Assembly: GCF_006345805.1 (NCBI RefSeq)
Contig: NC_042998.1
Span: 80,972,001-81,036,000 of the forward strand
DNA length: 64,000 nt
Direction: 5' to 3'
DNA from: Octopus sinensis
Taxonomy: Eukaryota
Shown: positions 11,590 to 25,735 of the stretch, piece by piece
How positions within the stretch are numbered: the stretch's first letter is position 1
Layout of the letters: every line of letters begins with the position of its first letter
Made by a program: the position numbers and the translations under genes
Notes under the pieces: model-generated
The model's database searches: none
Told to the model about the DNA's origin: nothing
The model's input: the letters and a program-made list of their open reading frames with translations, nothing else

Positions 11590-12500
11590 GTGCACCTGTG
11601 TCAGTGTAAACCGCAGGAACCTCTAGGCTTATTTTCTGCTGCTTGTAAAGCCCTCGGCTTGACCATTAGTACAAAGAAGCCGGATGTGATCAACCTAAGC
11701 AAATTCGAGGTGTCAAGCAGAAGCCGCAGCTTCATAATTTCACCAACACTTCTAAAGAGATTGACGGGAAAAACCTAAAGTACGTGAAGTCATATACATA
11801 TCTTGGTAGTCAAATGAATTCAAGCGCTTCTCTTAATGATGAAATCGTCAACCATCTTGCGAAAGCAACCAACGCATTTGGCAAACTCCGTCATTGCCTC
11901 TGGAAAGGAAGCTGGCTTAAACTTGACATTAAACTACGGGTCTATAAAGATGAGCTGCCATTCTTACTATTCTCTTGTAAGACTTGAAATCGTGACACCC
12001 TATAGGTGGCACATTAACAAACTAGACGTTCTCTACAAAGGCTGTTTCAGGACGATCTGCGGTTTTTCAGTAAAATACTGATGGTTTAATGTCGACCTGT
12101 TTAGCAAGTGCAAGATTGGTGGAATCGAAAGCTTCCTATGCAGTCACATTTGCGGTGGACTGACCATGTCGTCAAAATAAGTGATAAAAGAACACTCAGT
12201 CCCCATGTACTGCCAGCTAGATAGAGGGCATACGAATTTTGGTTCATCATGTCTCAGATATAAGGACAAGCTGAAGAGTAACCTCTCAGAAATCAATATA
12301 GCTCATACCACCTTTGAGCTATCAGTCTTGGAGCGACAACATTGAAAATCGTCTTCTGAAAATGGTATAAGAGACTTTGTTTCAAACGGCATTAATAATC
12401 TAAGGGGTGCAAGGCAAAGAAGAGAAGCGGCTGCAAATATACCGCCTGCACTGACCCATAATATTCATACATCTGCGGGATTCTTTGCAAGTCGATGTAT
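11590..12500 (+). mobile_element. RTE-clade LINE fragment, heavily decayed
   Basis: ACKALGLTISTKK, YTYLGSQMNSSASLNDEIVNHLAKATNAFGKL, KLRVYK; multiple stops and frameshifts. Confidence 0.85.
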
Positions 12501-12504
12501 ATCC

Positions 12505-12548
<44 letters not shown>

Positions 12549-12860
12549 ATATATTCATATATACATACATACATATATATATTATATATACATACATACA
12601 TACATATATATATATGTGTGTGTGCATATGTATATATATATATATACAATTTATATATGCATGTATATATATATATATATATAATATATATATATATATA
12701 ATATATATATATATATAATATATATATATATATGTGAATATATATATATATATATACAATATATATGTATGTATGTATATGTATATATATATATAAACTT
12801 AGATAAACTTAGATATGTTTCGACCAGAGATTGGTCCAGGCCATGTCTAACTTAATAGCA

Positions 12861-12902
<42 letters not shown>

Positions 12903-12952
12903 ATGTATAAGTATATATATAGATAATTAACACACACACACGCATATATATA

Positions 12953-12998
<46 letters not shown>

Positions 12999-13731
12999 GT
13001 GTGTGTGTGTGTATGTCTATGTTTACTGTATAACATATGACCCCAAAAACATTACTCTGAAAATCAGCTGAGATACATTTTATCTTTATTGGTGGTGTTG
13101 CACGATCATTCATCAAAGTTAAACAACTCTTGTAATGTAGAGCCACGTATATTATTGCATTATATTTTACATATTTATACACGCTATAGTAATAGGCAAT
13201 AAACTTCAACCTTCACGCTATTGTGAAATTAAAATATCTTTTGCTGAACATAATTATGCTGAGCATTGTCCTAAGCGGTACCTTCTGTGCCTCGATGGTA
13301 TTGTTCACAGCAAACCTGTTTATTTCCAAGTTTTAGACATTTGACAACTTTCGTACATTATATACTTTTTTCCTAATCTCATTTGCTTTTGTATATTTTT
13401 TTGTCTGCCAGACTTTTGGAGACAGTTTAAATAAATCTGCAAAGAAATTATTATATTATAGAAAAACCAAAGAAAATAACTGCTTTATGAAATTATATAT
13501 GTCTCGTAAGGATACTTTGCTAGTTAATTCCCAGACGTGCTAGGTAGATCCACAGGTATATTTTACAACAATACATGCGAGTCAATTAGATGGGCTGTGC
13601 ACTGATGGAACGCCTTCCATTATAGCTTTGTTCAATAAGAAATATAATTATATACCTACAGAATCAACGCCATACATACATAAAAACGTGTGTGGGTGTA
13701 CGTATACGTGTATATGTATATAAATATATTC

Positions 13732-13787
<56 letters not shown>

Positions 13788-14549
13788 CATATTAGATATG
13801 CACACAGAAAGGAAAAGGGAGATGTTTATAAATATAAATATATATACACGCATATACAAAAGTTATAAATCAATAAGTTGATATAAAGTACATTTACAAT
13901 TTTGATAAATATAAAGCAAATATTTCGCTAGAATGAGAATGATTGGCAGTAAAATAGCATAACACATTTAAAAACAGCCTTCCCCATAGAAAACCATTCT
14001 TGACAATTATAATTTTCAACAATACATTATTGCGTCTGCGACGGAATTAATGTATTTATAATATATTGCAAAGCTTATTGAAATGCTCAAGTTGAACATA
14101 TGACATATGTTGCTATGTAATATAATAAGGATATTAATATTGTATGAAACATTTATAGGATATGCAGCTTATAATATGTCTCAGAGACGCATGCATAAGC
14201 AAGCACGGATACACAAACACCTAACGGCCAGCGCGCTCGTACGTACACGCATGCAGTTACGTATTAACATATAAACACAGACAAAGACATAAAAACAGCT
14301 GAATTCACACTGTAGAATTTAATGTGTAGAAATTCCACGACACATTTTCTAGTAACTCGCAGTAATTCATTTTACAGATGAAATGAATCGACAGTATTAA
14401 ACCTTCATACATGCTGGTATATACACATATCTTCAAATGCCCACAATACATAAACACACATGCGCACACATATATTCATGGCCCCAGTGAAATAACTGAA
14501 ACAAGGAAAAGAATAAAAGAATATATATATACAGTGTACATTTAAACAC

Positions 14550-16393
14550 AAAAGAGGTATCCATCATAGGACTATCTGCACGCTAGAGAGGACAGTTAAA
14601 TTTCAAACCACTATTAGGGATAAAATTTCGAAGGGAATGAAAATAAAAACATTTACCATCTAACTCCTGGACCAATGGTTTCAGACTTTTTTTAGGCACT
14701 ATGCAGTGTCGTCCCGTTCTGGTATTGGTGTAGCTTTCAATGCCAAAATTTGGCACAATTCCTTCCAGGAACTTCCAGATGTATGTTACTGCATCTCTCA
14801 TCTTCTCTTCAGGGAGTAGAGTCTTTGCTGTTTCAGCCTTTCCCAATTAATCTTTGTTAAACTTCTTTGGATTGCTTCAAGGTCCGCTGTTAATTTCACA
14901 CTGTTGGGTGACCATAGCCGGGAGCAGTAATCTAGGCGGTTGAGGACGAATGTCCTCCAGAGGACCATCATGGTTTCCTTATCTCTGGTTCTGAATGTTC
15001 TCAGGATCCAGCCGGCCAGTCGTCTGCACTTTATCGCCATCCTGGTAATGTGCACTTGGAAAGAGGTATCATCACTCATGTCGATACCCAGGTCCCTCAC
15101 TGATTTAGGCTCTGAGATTGAAATTCCCTGTGGACCAGTGTACCCTGTAAGTTTCACATTCAATTTTGGAAGCTGGTAGCACAGGGCTTGGAATTTTTCA
15201 GCAATAAACTGCATATTATTATCCTCAGCCCATCTGTAAATTGAGTACAACTCTTGCTGCAGATGTGCAACATCGCTGAGGTTCTGTATTTTCTACTAGA
15301 CTTTCGTATCGTCTACGTAGCTTGCAAGGGTGGCTATCTGGGCACTTGAGGGCATTTCTGAGAGGGCCACTATAAAAAGCAGCTGTCCCAAGACAGTGCC
15401 CTGTGGAACACCGCTCACTATTTGTGTTTTCATAGAGGTGGCTCCAGTAGCCACTACTGCCTGACTTCTATCTTTCAGAATGTCATGTCACCACTCTCCA
15501 AGTTTTCCTGCTATGCCATGATCGTGCAGTTTGTCGCATATCATACCATGATCCACTTTGTCAAAAGCTTTTGCAAAATGAATGTCATTTACATCTACAT
15601 TTGATTTGTTGAGTAACTGCCTAAACACCCAGTCATAATGTTGTAAGAGCTGGGTGAGACAGCTCCTACCTGGTCGAAAGCCATGCTGGGTATCACTCAG
15701 TAAGTTATTTTCCTCAAGGAATGCGATTAGTTTCCCTCTGACTATCCGTTCCATGACTTTGCTGATGTGTGAAGTCAAAGAGATAGGCCTATAGTTTTTG
15801 ACATCTGCTCTGCTTCCCCTTTTATAGACTGGGAATATTATTCCCTCCTCCAGATTGCTTGGCAGTCTGTCATTTGCAAGAAAGCTCTAGAAGAGAATCT
15901 GGAGGGGTTTTGCTAGGGCATACTTACACGATTTGAGGACGATTGCTGGGAAACCATCAGGACCAGTAGTTGAGTTTGTGTTTACCTCATCTATAGCTAG
16001 TAGTATATCTTCTTCGCTAATGTCGATGTGCCTCGCTGGTTATAGGTGAGGCGGCATAGAAGTCCACTGGTTCGTTCACTTGTCTGTATTCCAACGGGGT
16101 GGTAAAAACTGGTCATTCAGTACCTCACTGATCCTAGTTGGAGTGTCTGTGAGGGAATCATCTTTTTGGAAGAGGTGTCATATCTGTTTCTTTCGCGTAA
16201 TGAAAGAAGGCCTTTGGGTTTGACTTAATGTTTTTATAACCCAGGCTTCTTTGTTTGCTCTCTCCTTCACATAGGATTGTTGCAGCTTTTTTTAAATCTC
16301 CATCAGTGTTGTTTTTAGGCGAAACCTTTCGTTGAGTCGATTTGCAACCTTCGTCCGTCGTCTCATGAGTATCTTCCTCTCCCTTGGAATGCT
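14550..16393 (-). mobile_element. CR1-clade LINE, decayed RT region
   Basis: MTSHISKVMERIV, QHGFRPGRSCLTQLL, FAKAFDKVDH, SGVPQGTVLG, YVDDTKV, GWILRTFRTRD, LDYCSRLWSP. Confidence 0.92.
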
Positions 16394-16560
16394 GGTGTGT
16401 TTACGTCCCCGTCACTTAGCGGTTCGGCAAAAATGACCGATAGAATAAGTATTGGGCTTACAAATAATAAGTCCCGGGGTCGATTTGCTCGACTAAAGGC
16501 GGTGCTCCAGCATGGCCGCAGTCAAATGACTGAAACAAGTAAAAGTGTAAAGAGTACAGA
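16394..16560 (+). mobile_element. SINE family B, 3' half
   Basis: GGTGTGTTTACGTCCCCGTCACTTAGCGGTTCGGC...GACTGAAACAAGTAAAAG. Confidence 0.85.
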
Positions 16561-16595
<35 letters not shown>

Positions 16596-16597
<2 letters not shown>

Positions 16598-16950
16598 CGT
16601 GGCTGTGTGGTAAGTAGCTTGCTTACCAGCCACATGGTTCCGGGTTCAGTCCCACTGCGTGGCACCTTGGGCAAGTGTCTTCTACTATAGCCTCGGGCTG
16701 ACCAAAGCCTTGTGAGTGGATTTGGTAGACGGAAACTGAAAGAAGCCCGTCGTATATATGTATATATGTATGTGTGTATTTGTTTGTGTGTCTGTGTTTG
16801 TCCCCCCAACATCGCTTGATAACCGATGATGGTGTGTTTACGTACCCGTAACTTAGCGGTTCGGCAAGAGAGACCGATAGAATAAGTACTAGGCTTACAA
16901 AGAATAAGTCCTGTGGTCGAGGTGCTCGACCAAAAGCGGTGCTCCAGATC
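16596..16950 (+). mobile_element. tRNA-derived CORE-type SINE family B, near full length (octopus OR2-like, from memory)
   Basis: A box GGCTGTGTGG, B box GGTTCAGTCCC, CORE-like GGCACCTTGGGCAAGTGTCTTCTACTATAGCCTCGGG, internal (TA/TG)n and a 3' body. Confidence 0.85.
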
Positions 16951-17119
16951 CATAAGGAGACGCAAATAGTCTCATACACATATGCATACATACATACATA
17001 CTTACACGATCTTTTAAGGACCGTTTCTCCTTCTCCTTGGCTCTCTATAGTATGTATATCTGTGCATGTGTGAACGTCTGTACATTATATATACATACAT
17101 ATATACATACATATATATA

Positions 17120-17165
<46 letters not shown>

Positions 17166-17232
17166 TATATTTATACATATATATATATATATAAGTATAT
17201 ATATATACATATTATATATAATAGATATATAT

Positions 17233-17275
<43 letters not shown>

Positions 17276-17469
17276 TATTACATTATATAAAAGGGCTTAG
17301 TAAAATAAATTACTTTGCCGCATACTGAACTCATTAGAAATAGTAGCTAAAAAAACTTTTTAAAAACTATTTCTAATACTTAAGAAAACCTCTCTCATAT
17401 AGTGTTTGCTCAATTCAACTCACGAAAGTATGGGGTAAAGACATTAAAAAATCAAATGCAAAGGTTATT

Positions 17470-17521
17470 TGAGAACGTACGTTTCAAGATTAGTCAACTC
17501 GACACTTCTATCATCAGCTCA
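17470..17521 (-). ncRNA. Minimal type I hammerhead ribozyme (inverted copy)
   Basis: Reverse complement of 18048-18099. Confidence 0.7.
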
Positions 17522-18039
17522 GAACTCCTTGGTTTGGATTTGAAAACACTGAAAGTGGGAGCATACCCTTTCGGCTTCTTATCGCTTCTGAAGATCTGCT
17601 CGAAACTAACAGTGCCAGCAAACTCAAATATGCAAGCGAAGAATTAGTTTTAAAAAAGTTTTTTTAGCTACTATTTCTAATGAGTTCAGTATGCGGCAAA
17701 GTAATTTATTTTACTAAGCCCTTTTATATAATGTAATAATTTGAATTCGCCTTAAATGGTCCCTTTGCATACTGAATACTTGGTGAAATTGATAATAATT
17801 AATTAATTTTACCCTCAATTGTTGAAATTATAATTCATCTCTCTCTATTTAATGCCTCGGATTTTACCGAAAAAAGCATAGTGTTTACTGATTTTAACCC
17901 ACGCTGGTGAAAGGGGAGAGCAGAAATTCTTCGCTTGCATATTTGAGTTTGCTGGCAATGTTAGTTTCGAGCAGATTTCAGAAGCGATAAGAAGCCGAAA
18001 GGGTATGCTCCCACTTTCAGTGTTTTCAAATCCAAACCA

Positions 18040-18108
18040 AGGAGTTCTGAGCTGATGATAGAAGTGTCGAGTTGACTAATCTTGAAACGTACGTTCTCAA
18101 ATAACCTT
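18040..18108 (+). ncRNA. Minimal type I hammerhead ribozyme
   Basis: Stem I TGAG/CTCA with a distal extension; CTGATGA; stem II AGA/TCT and GTC/GAC closed by T-T; GAAAC; palindromic ACGTACGT stem III; GTT triplet; predicted cut after 18095. Confidence 0.72.
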
Positions 18109-18382
18109 TGCATTTGATTTTTTATGTCTTTACCCCCATACTTTCGTGAGTTGAATTGAGCAAACACTATATGAGAGAGGTTTTCTTTAAGTATTAGAAA
18201 TAGTTTTAAAAAAGTTTTTTTAGCTACTATTTCTAATGAGTTCAGTATGCGGCAAAGTAATTTATTTACTAAGCCCTTTTATATAATGTAATAATTTGAA
18301 TTCGCCTTAAATGGTCCCTTTGCATACTGAATACTTGGTGAAATTGATTAATAATTAATTAATTTTACCCTCAATTGTTGAA

Positions 18383-18496
<114 letters not shown>

Positions 18497-18522
18497 AATA
18501 TTTATATATATATCTAATAATA

Positions 18523-18848
18523 TCAGAAACCTAGATGTAATTGTTGATAATAATCTCAGTTGGAGTACCCACGTCAACAATAAGGTCGACATAGCTCGTA
18601 GGATGAGCTCCTGGATCTTAAGAACCTTCCGGTCCAGAGAACAAGGTGTCATCATTCTACTTTTCTCCTGCTTTGTACGGCCACACCTTGAATACTGCTG
18701 CCTCTTGTGGTCTCCCCATACAAAACAAAACATCTCGAAAATTGAATTCCCCCAAAGGATACTCACTAAACGAATTGAAGGCATGATTGATCACGATTAC
18801 TGGGACCGCCTTAAAGGTTTGAAACTTTACTCTCTCCAGCGCCGCTGC
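18523..18848 (+). mobile_element. CR1-clade LINE C-terminal fragment
   Basis: SWILRTFRSR...VRPHLEYCCLLWSP...YWDRLKGLKLYSLQRR. Confidence 0.88.
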
Positions 18849-18879
18849 GGTACACCATTTGCACGATGTGGAGAATATA

Positions 18880-19263
18880 TATGCTTAGCGGTATTTCGTC
18901 TGCTCACCGATGTCGACTTTGCCGTTCATCCTTTCGGGGTCGATAAATAAAGTACCAGATTCGCACTGGGGTCAATGTAATCAACTTAATCCCTTTGTCT
19001 GTCCTTGTCTGTCCCCTCTATGTTTAGCCCCTTGTGGTCAATAAAGAAATATATATATATATATACATACATACATACATACAGACACACCACATTCCTT
19101 TGTATATATGGCAGAAACGGTAGCACGGTGGACGAAATGCTTAGCGGTATTTCGTCTGTCATGTTCTGAGGTCAAATTCCACCGATGCCGACTTTGCCTT
19201 TCATCCTTTCGGGGTTGATAAATTAAGTACCAGTTGCCACCTCCTCCAAAATTTCGGGCTTTG
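18880..19263 (+). mobile_element. Two SINE family A copies
   Basis: Core GACTTTGCC(G/T)TTCATCCTTTCGGGG(T)CGATAAA at 18914-18960 and 19190-19230. Confidence 0.8.
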
Positions 19264-20759
19264 TACATGCGTATCTACATACACATACATTGTGTATTTA
19301 TATTACATTCTTACTTTACCAGCGAAAAATTAATCGACTAGACAGACTAAAATGCAAGGCAATACACAACATTAAACAACCTATATTTCAAGTGGACAGT
19401 TCAAAACAAAAATTAAAACCTAAAAACTATATCCATTATGAAATAATATCTTTCGAATTTTGCTGAAAATTAATCTAAAAATGAATTAACGTAAATTTTT
19501 ACTCTGTATAATACCTGATTCTTTTCATTATTTTTATTCAAAACACTGTTTAGTCTGCGAAGTAATGAATATTTTTATAATGTATTTCTTAAATAATTGA
19601 AAATGTTATTGTTTAATGGTTTGTTGTTGCGGATGTTTTAAGTTTTAAAAAAATGGCTGTCTATGACCTCCATTATAGTAAGTTAGGAATAGCACATTTG
19701 GCATCGTAACCAATTGGTCAAACTGTCCAATTTTGCCTCATGTTCTTGCGTGTTCGAAGCACGTAATTATCTCTGAACTATGCCTAGTATATTTTGTGAT
19801 TAATTATAATAGTTTATATTTTATAGCTGTGACTTAAAACAAATTGATTGATAGTGCTGTATCATTATGACTTGTTTAGTAATTACGTGCGGTATAATAA
19901 CAATTATGTGTTGCATAATAATAATGTGTTTTAGAATAATTATGTAATGTATAATAATTCAAATAAAGAATGAAATGTCGAGAAATAAAATATTCCGATA
20001 TATTCTAACGAAGTTAAAATTTCAAATTTAATTATTAAATGGATGCTGATTACCGAGCAACAGTAATCCGGAGCGTTTTCACTTATGCGAATTTTATATT
20101 CTCCATTTCTATATTAAATACATGTATTATTTACAAGTTTTGTTTTTCTGTTTACTGTAATGCATTTATTTTCTAACTTTATAAAGCGACGAGCTGACAG
20201 AATCGTTAGTGCTGGACAAAATGCTTTGAGATATTTCTGATTTCAACTACCGCCAGTGCCAAATTAATATCATATCTCACCTGGGTTTATAAAAGAAAGT
20301 ACAGGTACTCAGGTCAATGGTATTGGCCAATCCTCTCCGCTTAAAATTGCTAGCTTTGTGTCTAAACCAGAAGCCCTTTTTTAGTATGTGTGACTACTCT
20401 CTAAATTGGTTGCATTTTACATCTAAAGCACATCTGAATATTCAGAATATGTACAAATTGTCTACGATGGAGAATATTATGTTTTTATTAGCACAACATA
20501 TAAAATAAGCTTATCTTCTCATATTTAAAGATCTAGTGTTTTATAGGGTAGAATAGTTTGGATGTCATATGAGAAGAATATGCAATATTTATGTTGTTAT
20601 GTGATTCCACCAATACAATTGCCTTAATAGATTTTATAAATTAAGTAATTACTTCTGTATCTATTTTATCTGCTTGGGTGTAGCAAAGAGTTATGCATAT
20701 TTATTTCGCGTTTCCTTCGAAACCGTTGAGATTGATGCTGTTAATATTTCGCCAAGAAG

Positions 20760-21150
20760 GTGGGAACTGTCTTCGGTGCTCACAATTTTATTACAGCCGA
20801 GATTATCTTGTTTTATTCGACCTTACATTGGTGGTGCTTCCTTTCCTGATCGATTTCACAATCTCAGTGACAACTTGGTGGTGCTCGTTTATTGCTCATT
20901 GTCGAAATGTATCGTCATTTGTTATTGCTCTGATGAACGCCTTTGGCTTGGACCCTGTGTCAAATCCTTTAAAAATTGCACTCGCTTCTCTGCACAAGCG
21001 CATCGCTTGTCTGTTGAGCTTCCTGTTAGTTTTGTCTTTTTATTCTCATAACTTCTTTTCTCAAACAGCTGCTCTCTGGAACTCACTACCAACTTTATGT
21101 TTTCCTATCTTCTATGATATTCTGTCCTTTAAGCTTTCGGTCAATAGATA
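20760..21150 (+). mobile_element. LINE 3' end (CR1/L2/Jockey group)
   Basis: YCSDE...CTRFSAQAHRLSVELP followed by FFSQTAALWNSLPTLCFPIFYDILSFKLSVNRY, a typical post-RT C-terminal motif. Confidence 0.65.
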
Positions 21151-21199
21151 TCCTTTGAATTTGCAGACTCTTTCTTTTTCTTCTTTGTTGACCGTTGCA

Positions 21200-21440
21200 C
21201 TATAATGCTGCAAGTCTTGTTTGAGAAAAATCGCATTAAAAAAAAACAAACTATGCCTATTTGAAACTTGCAAAAGACTCGTTAGCAAGGAAGGAACTCC
21301 AGAAGCTGGCGTTTTGGGTAGGTGATGAAAGGGAGAGCAAGAGAAAAGAGTGACTCCAGAGTGCCTGACTGTAGGTAGCACTTTGCTCCTTAAAACCAAC
21401 TGTGAGGAACAGAAATAGAAAACGGGGACAGAGGCGGTAA
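21200..21440 (-). mobile_element. Possible second LINE 3' end, tail-to-tail with the previous one
   Basis: Weak motif NASFWSSFLANESFASFK resembling TAxLWNSLP...FK. Confidence 0.35.
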
Positions 21441-21932
21441 TCAATGGTCACTTGAAGTTTTGGTGGACACAGTTTGCTATGTGTTAGATGTTTTCCATAT
21501 TATGCAATCTCTATCTCCAGAAGATCATCTTGTGTGGGGTGCGGTTAGCTTTGTCACAATGTTTACGTTCTTAGATATAATAATTGAAGATTTTCCAGTT
21601 CTGGATTTTAGATAATATTAAACATTTGTATGTTTTATTTAACCTTTATAATTTTAAAATGGCAGAATACTATTTTAGATATTGCAAATAATAAATGTAA
21701 AATTCCTATAATGCTTGATAACAGCATAATAATAATAGTGACCATTAAAAATTAGATACATAAGATACACAATAAATCTCAAGTAATAAATGTATAATTA
21801 ATATTGGCATTATTTCCGTGAATTAATAATTCAGGAAAATTATTAGTAAATATTCTAATTTATCTGAAAGGAGCATATCCTGTAAACATCTCTTTTTTGA
21901 ATATAATAAAAAATTTTACGGGACAGTGAATA

Positions 21933-22799
21933 CGTAATCTGATCAAAAACTATTCGGATTATTGCCATAATAACGAACCTAAGACATGTAGAATAAAGCC
22001 ACTTGGGACAAATTGACCTTGAACTCTGTTGTGCATGCGCACTAGGTTTTAGCGTTCGAGCTCATTTCCGCTGTTTACAGTAGTGCTTGAAAGATACGTG
22101 TATAGCGTGTGATCATCGCATTGACCATGAACCTGCATCAAATTTTGCCAAAAGCTTGGCAATACCTGCTCAGGTGCCTGCGAAAAGTTGCAGAAAGTGT
22201 ATGTAGAGGAGTGTATGAAAGGAAAAAATGTTGATCGTGACGAACGTTCTGAGAAACCTGCAGCCAACAGAACTGAGATGTGCATGTAGCTGTGAGGGGA
22301 AATCGCTGAATCACCATACGTAAGTTATCAGATGTGCAGATTAGTTACGTTTCAGTTCAATTCATTACAACTGAAGATTTTGGTATGAGACACGAGACTT
22401 CCAGGTTTGTACCAAAACTGCGTTCAGCTGACAACACTTCTGCGCATTCAGCGCAGCTTATGCAGCAGTTTTTGGCTGGGTACAGCATCCCCTAGGTCCC
22501 ACAGCCACCATATTATCCAGATCTCGCCTTTTGCGACTTTTTCCTCTTCCCAAAAATCAAATCCCGCATGAAAGGAAGAATATTTCAGGACGTCGAAGGA
22601 AACAAAGTGAATGCGACGAGCTAGCTGCTGATTATCCCAGAAAATGAGTTCCAGGAATGCTTCCCTCAATGAAGACAGCACTGGATTAAATGTCTGGTTT
22701 CCGAAGGGTTCTACTTTGAAGAAGATTAAGTACTAAATTGGTACGTGTTGTAGTTTTGTTTTTATAGCATCAGTCCGGATACTTATTGATCAGACCTCG
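21933..22799 (+). mobile_element. Mariner transposon, internally deleted
   Basis: TIRs CG(TAA)TCTGATCAA and TTGATCAGACCTCG, TA at left. Transposase remnants CIKFCQKLG, RFVPKL and PPYYPDLAFCDFFLFPKIKSRMKGRIF. Confidence 0.9.
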
Positions 22800-23703
22800 T
22801 TTATTGAAAATCTGTACAATTTAAAAGTATATGAGTTACTTATGAAGCGTTGATTTTTGAATGATATGAACTGTTTCAATTAGAATTTCTTTGCAATATT
22901 TCCGCAAGTACTATGTAATTTATTGCAACACAGCAACTCAAATACATAACGTTCACTCGACGGTTATGAATCTATAAGTCTCTAAGTCTAGAAATATTTC
23001 TATCGTTAGTGAGTGATTTACTGCAATTGTATCAGGATTCATAGAGATTGTTTATTTTCTTGAAACAAGTTGAAATGTCATCGATTTATTTATCTTACAT
23101 GTCTATAAATCAATAATAAAAATAAAAATTTCAATTTAATTACGGGTGTCATATACTTGTGCAGCAAAATATATTTCACCATCATGTTTAATTAAAAAAT
23201 TACGTAAATCACCGATGGAAACAACACAACTGAAAAGTATACGACACAGAATCTTTGCAAAAAATAGTAACTTAATTAAAAATATTTTGCATTACTTATG
23301 TTAATCAGGACATAGCAAATTGTAAAACTTTAATCATTTTACTAAACAGGCAAGCAACGCACGTGGCAATGAAAACAGAGCATATTTACATAAACGAAAA
23401 GGCAATTAATTTATCATGTTTAACATTTTGAAATGAAGAATATATGTATTGTGTAAATAGAGTTTTCACAACTTACCACAAAGAGAATACAAATTGCCCA
23501 GGCATTATTGTTAGCAGGTGAATATTTTTAAATGGTTTAACTTGATCTGAGCGTTTAAGAGGTTCAGTTCCTTTTGTGGAACTATTTGCTTAACACTTGC
23601 ATTCGAACTGATGCTGTTGACTTCTGAAGGCTTTATTTATTGTGTTAAACAAAAGGGACTAGTGATAGTTTCCCAAATTCAATAAACCACAGTATTTGAA
23701 ATA

Positions 23704-23938
23704 CAGTAATCTCTCGACTATCGGGGCAGTTACGTTCAAAACACACCGCGCTAGGTGAAAATCAGCGAAGTAGAAACAGTACTGTACTGTATAATTTTTA
23801 CAATTATTTTATAATTTATATATATTTATTTTATCATAAATGCAAAACAACACCACGGACGAATCGACTTGAGCTTAAATAATAAACCTCTATAGGTAAA
23901 CCGCGATAGGTGCACCACGATATGGCGCGGGATTACTA
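23704..23938. mobile_element. Tigger/pogo-like MITE
   Basis: TA|CAGTAATCTCTCG...GCGGGATTACTA|TA. Confidence 0.75.
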
Positions 23939-23983
23939 TATATAAGATTGATGACTAATAATAATAATAATAATAATAATAAC

Positions 23984-24032
<49 letters not shown>

Positions 24033-24045
24033 ATATATATATATG

Positions 24046-24195
24046 CGACAGGCTTCTTCCAGTTTCCATCTACCAAACCACTCACAAGGCTTCGATCTAC
24101 ACAAGGCTATAGTAGAAGACACTCGCGTGCCACGCAGTGAGACTGAGCCCGGAACCATGTGGTTGGGAAGCTTCTTACCGCACGGCCACACCTGC
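24046..24195 (-). mobile_element. SINE family B, 5' half
   Basis: Reverse complement of the head and CORE region. Confidence 0.8.
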
Positions 24196-24609
24196 GCATA
24201 TATATATATATAGACAGACCTGGAACACCGAGACTATAATAAATAGAAGACAATCGTCCAGGGTGTCGCGTATTGGGTGGGATTGATCCTGTAAACACGT
24301 GGTTGTAAAGGAACCTTCTTATCTACACAAATGTACCTGCATTTATGCATGTATATTTTAAGTACTTTTTATTCTTACATTTACGACTTAATGTATGTGC
24401 ACATTATAAAAGGAATTATCACAATGACACAAGACTACGAATACCGCGTATTTTCAAATAAATTATACAACGAATCAAGCTGAAAGAACTGGAAGTAACT
24501 TGGTAAAACTGGAAAGGAACAGAACAAAGTCCCTCTCGATGCGATGGGAATTGAGAATACTCATGGATAAAATATTACGAAATTAGTCAAAAGAATACTA
24601 ATGGCTTCA

Positions 24610-25255
24610 CATTTTGGCTTAAGGTCAGCGAGCTTGGGAGAGGAGTAAGTCGATGACATTGACCCTAATACTCAACTGGTATTTATGTTATCGAATCTGA
24701 AATGATAAAGGGCAAAGTGGATCTCGGAACGTAAAGGCATACGAAATGTGGCTCACCATTTTGCCCGGCGTTCTAACGATTCCTTTCTACTCTAGGCTCA
24801 AGGCCCGAAATTTTGGGGAAGGGGGCCAGTCGATTAGATCGATCCCAACACGCAACTGGTACTTAAATTGCCGAACCCGAAATGATGAAAGGCAAAGTCA
24901 ACCTCGGCCGAACTGGAACCCAGAACGTAAAGACAGATGAAATACCGCTAGGCATTTCGCCCGGCGTTCTAATGATTCTGCCAGCTCACCGACTTGGTGA
25001 AAAGCGTAATAAAATATGTATTAACGATAGTTTTCGCCAAGGCGACAATCTGGCAGAATCGTGGACCTGACAGACAAGAATGATTAGCGTCATTTTTTCC
25101 GTTCTGTTTTCTAAATTCCGTCGCAGTCAACTTTGCCTTTCATCCTTTGGTGGTCGCTTTGCCTTTCATCCTTTGGTGGTGCGTACTGGGGTCGATGTAG
25201 TTGAGTATTCCTAACCCCTAAAATTGCTGACGTTGTATCACAATTTCTAACAAAT
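24610..25255. mobile_element. Cluster of SINE family A copies on both strands
   Basis: Cores at 24640-24720 (-), 24785-25000 (-) and 25045-25250 (+). Confidence 0.8.
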
Positions 25256-25735
25256 GGTAACTTCACCCATCCAGATTTTTACGCCAATCCTCCTTTATCT
25301 CTAATTTTTCCGATTCCTTTTCATTTAAAACTTGTATCTGGTGCTTCTTATCCATCAGTTCAGTGGTTGAGGTTATAGAGAGAAAATAATTAATGCAATA
25401 CTTTGAATTACTTTTATTAACTAAGTGAATTCTATTTTACCGTGATGGGCCAGAAGTTAGAGTGTGTAGTGAAGAAACTCTATGACATTTAGCTGGGTAG
25501 TATTTTGGGGGATGCGGTTTAAGAGAACGAGAATATTTCCGAGAGGCACTTTTCGAGAGTAATCGAAGTATAATGTTGGTGGAGGGTGTTTGTTTGAAGT
25601 GATTTGAGGGGCTTCGAATTTTGAATGTGCGTAGTTTCTATTTTTCTTTACCTGTTTCACTAAAGCACTGGTCGGGTTGGAGGCAGACTGAAGTGCTACG
25701 CAGTGACACTAAACCCGAAATCACGTGGTTGCAAA

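Noticed and set aside
12808-12841. Minus-strand CCTG-GACC-loop-GGTC-GAAAC-ATAT-CTA hammerhead-like remnant
   Set aside because: It needs both a 4-nt core deletion and a stem III mismatch; too degenerate to call.
13580-13625. LDGLCTDGTPSI resembling the hAT TDG motif
   Set aside because: Too short, with no flanking homology.
17588-17615. CTGAAGA...CGAAAC on the plus strand
   Set aside because: No stem II pairing and no NUH triplet or stem I.
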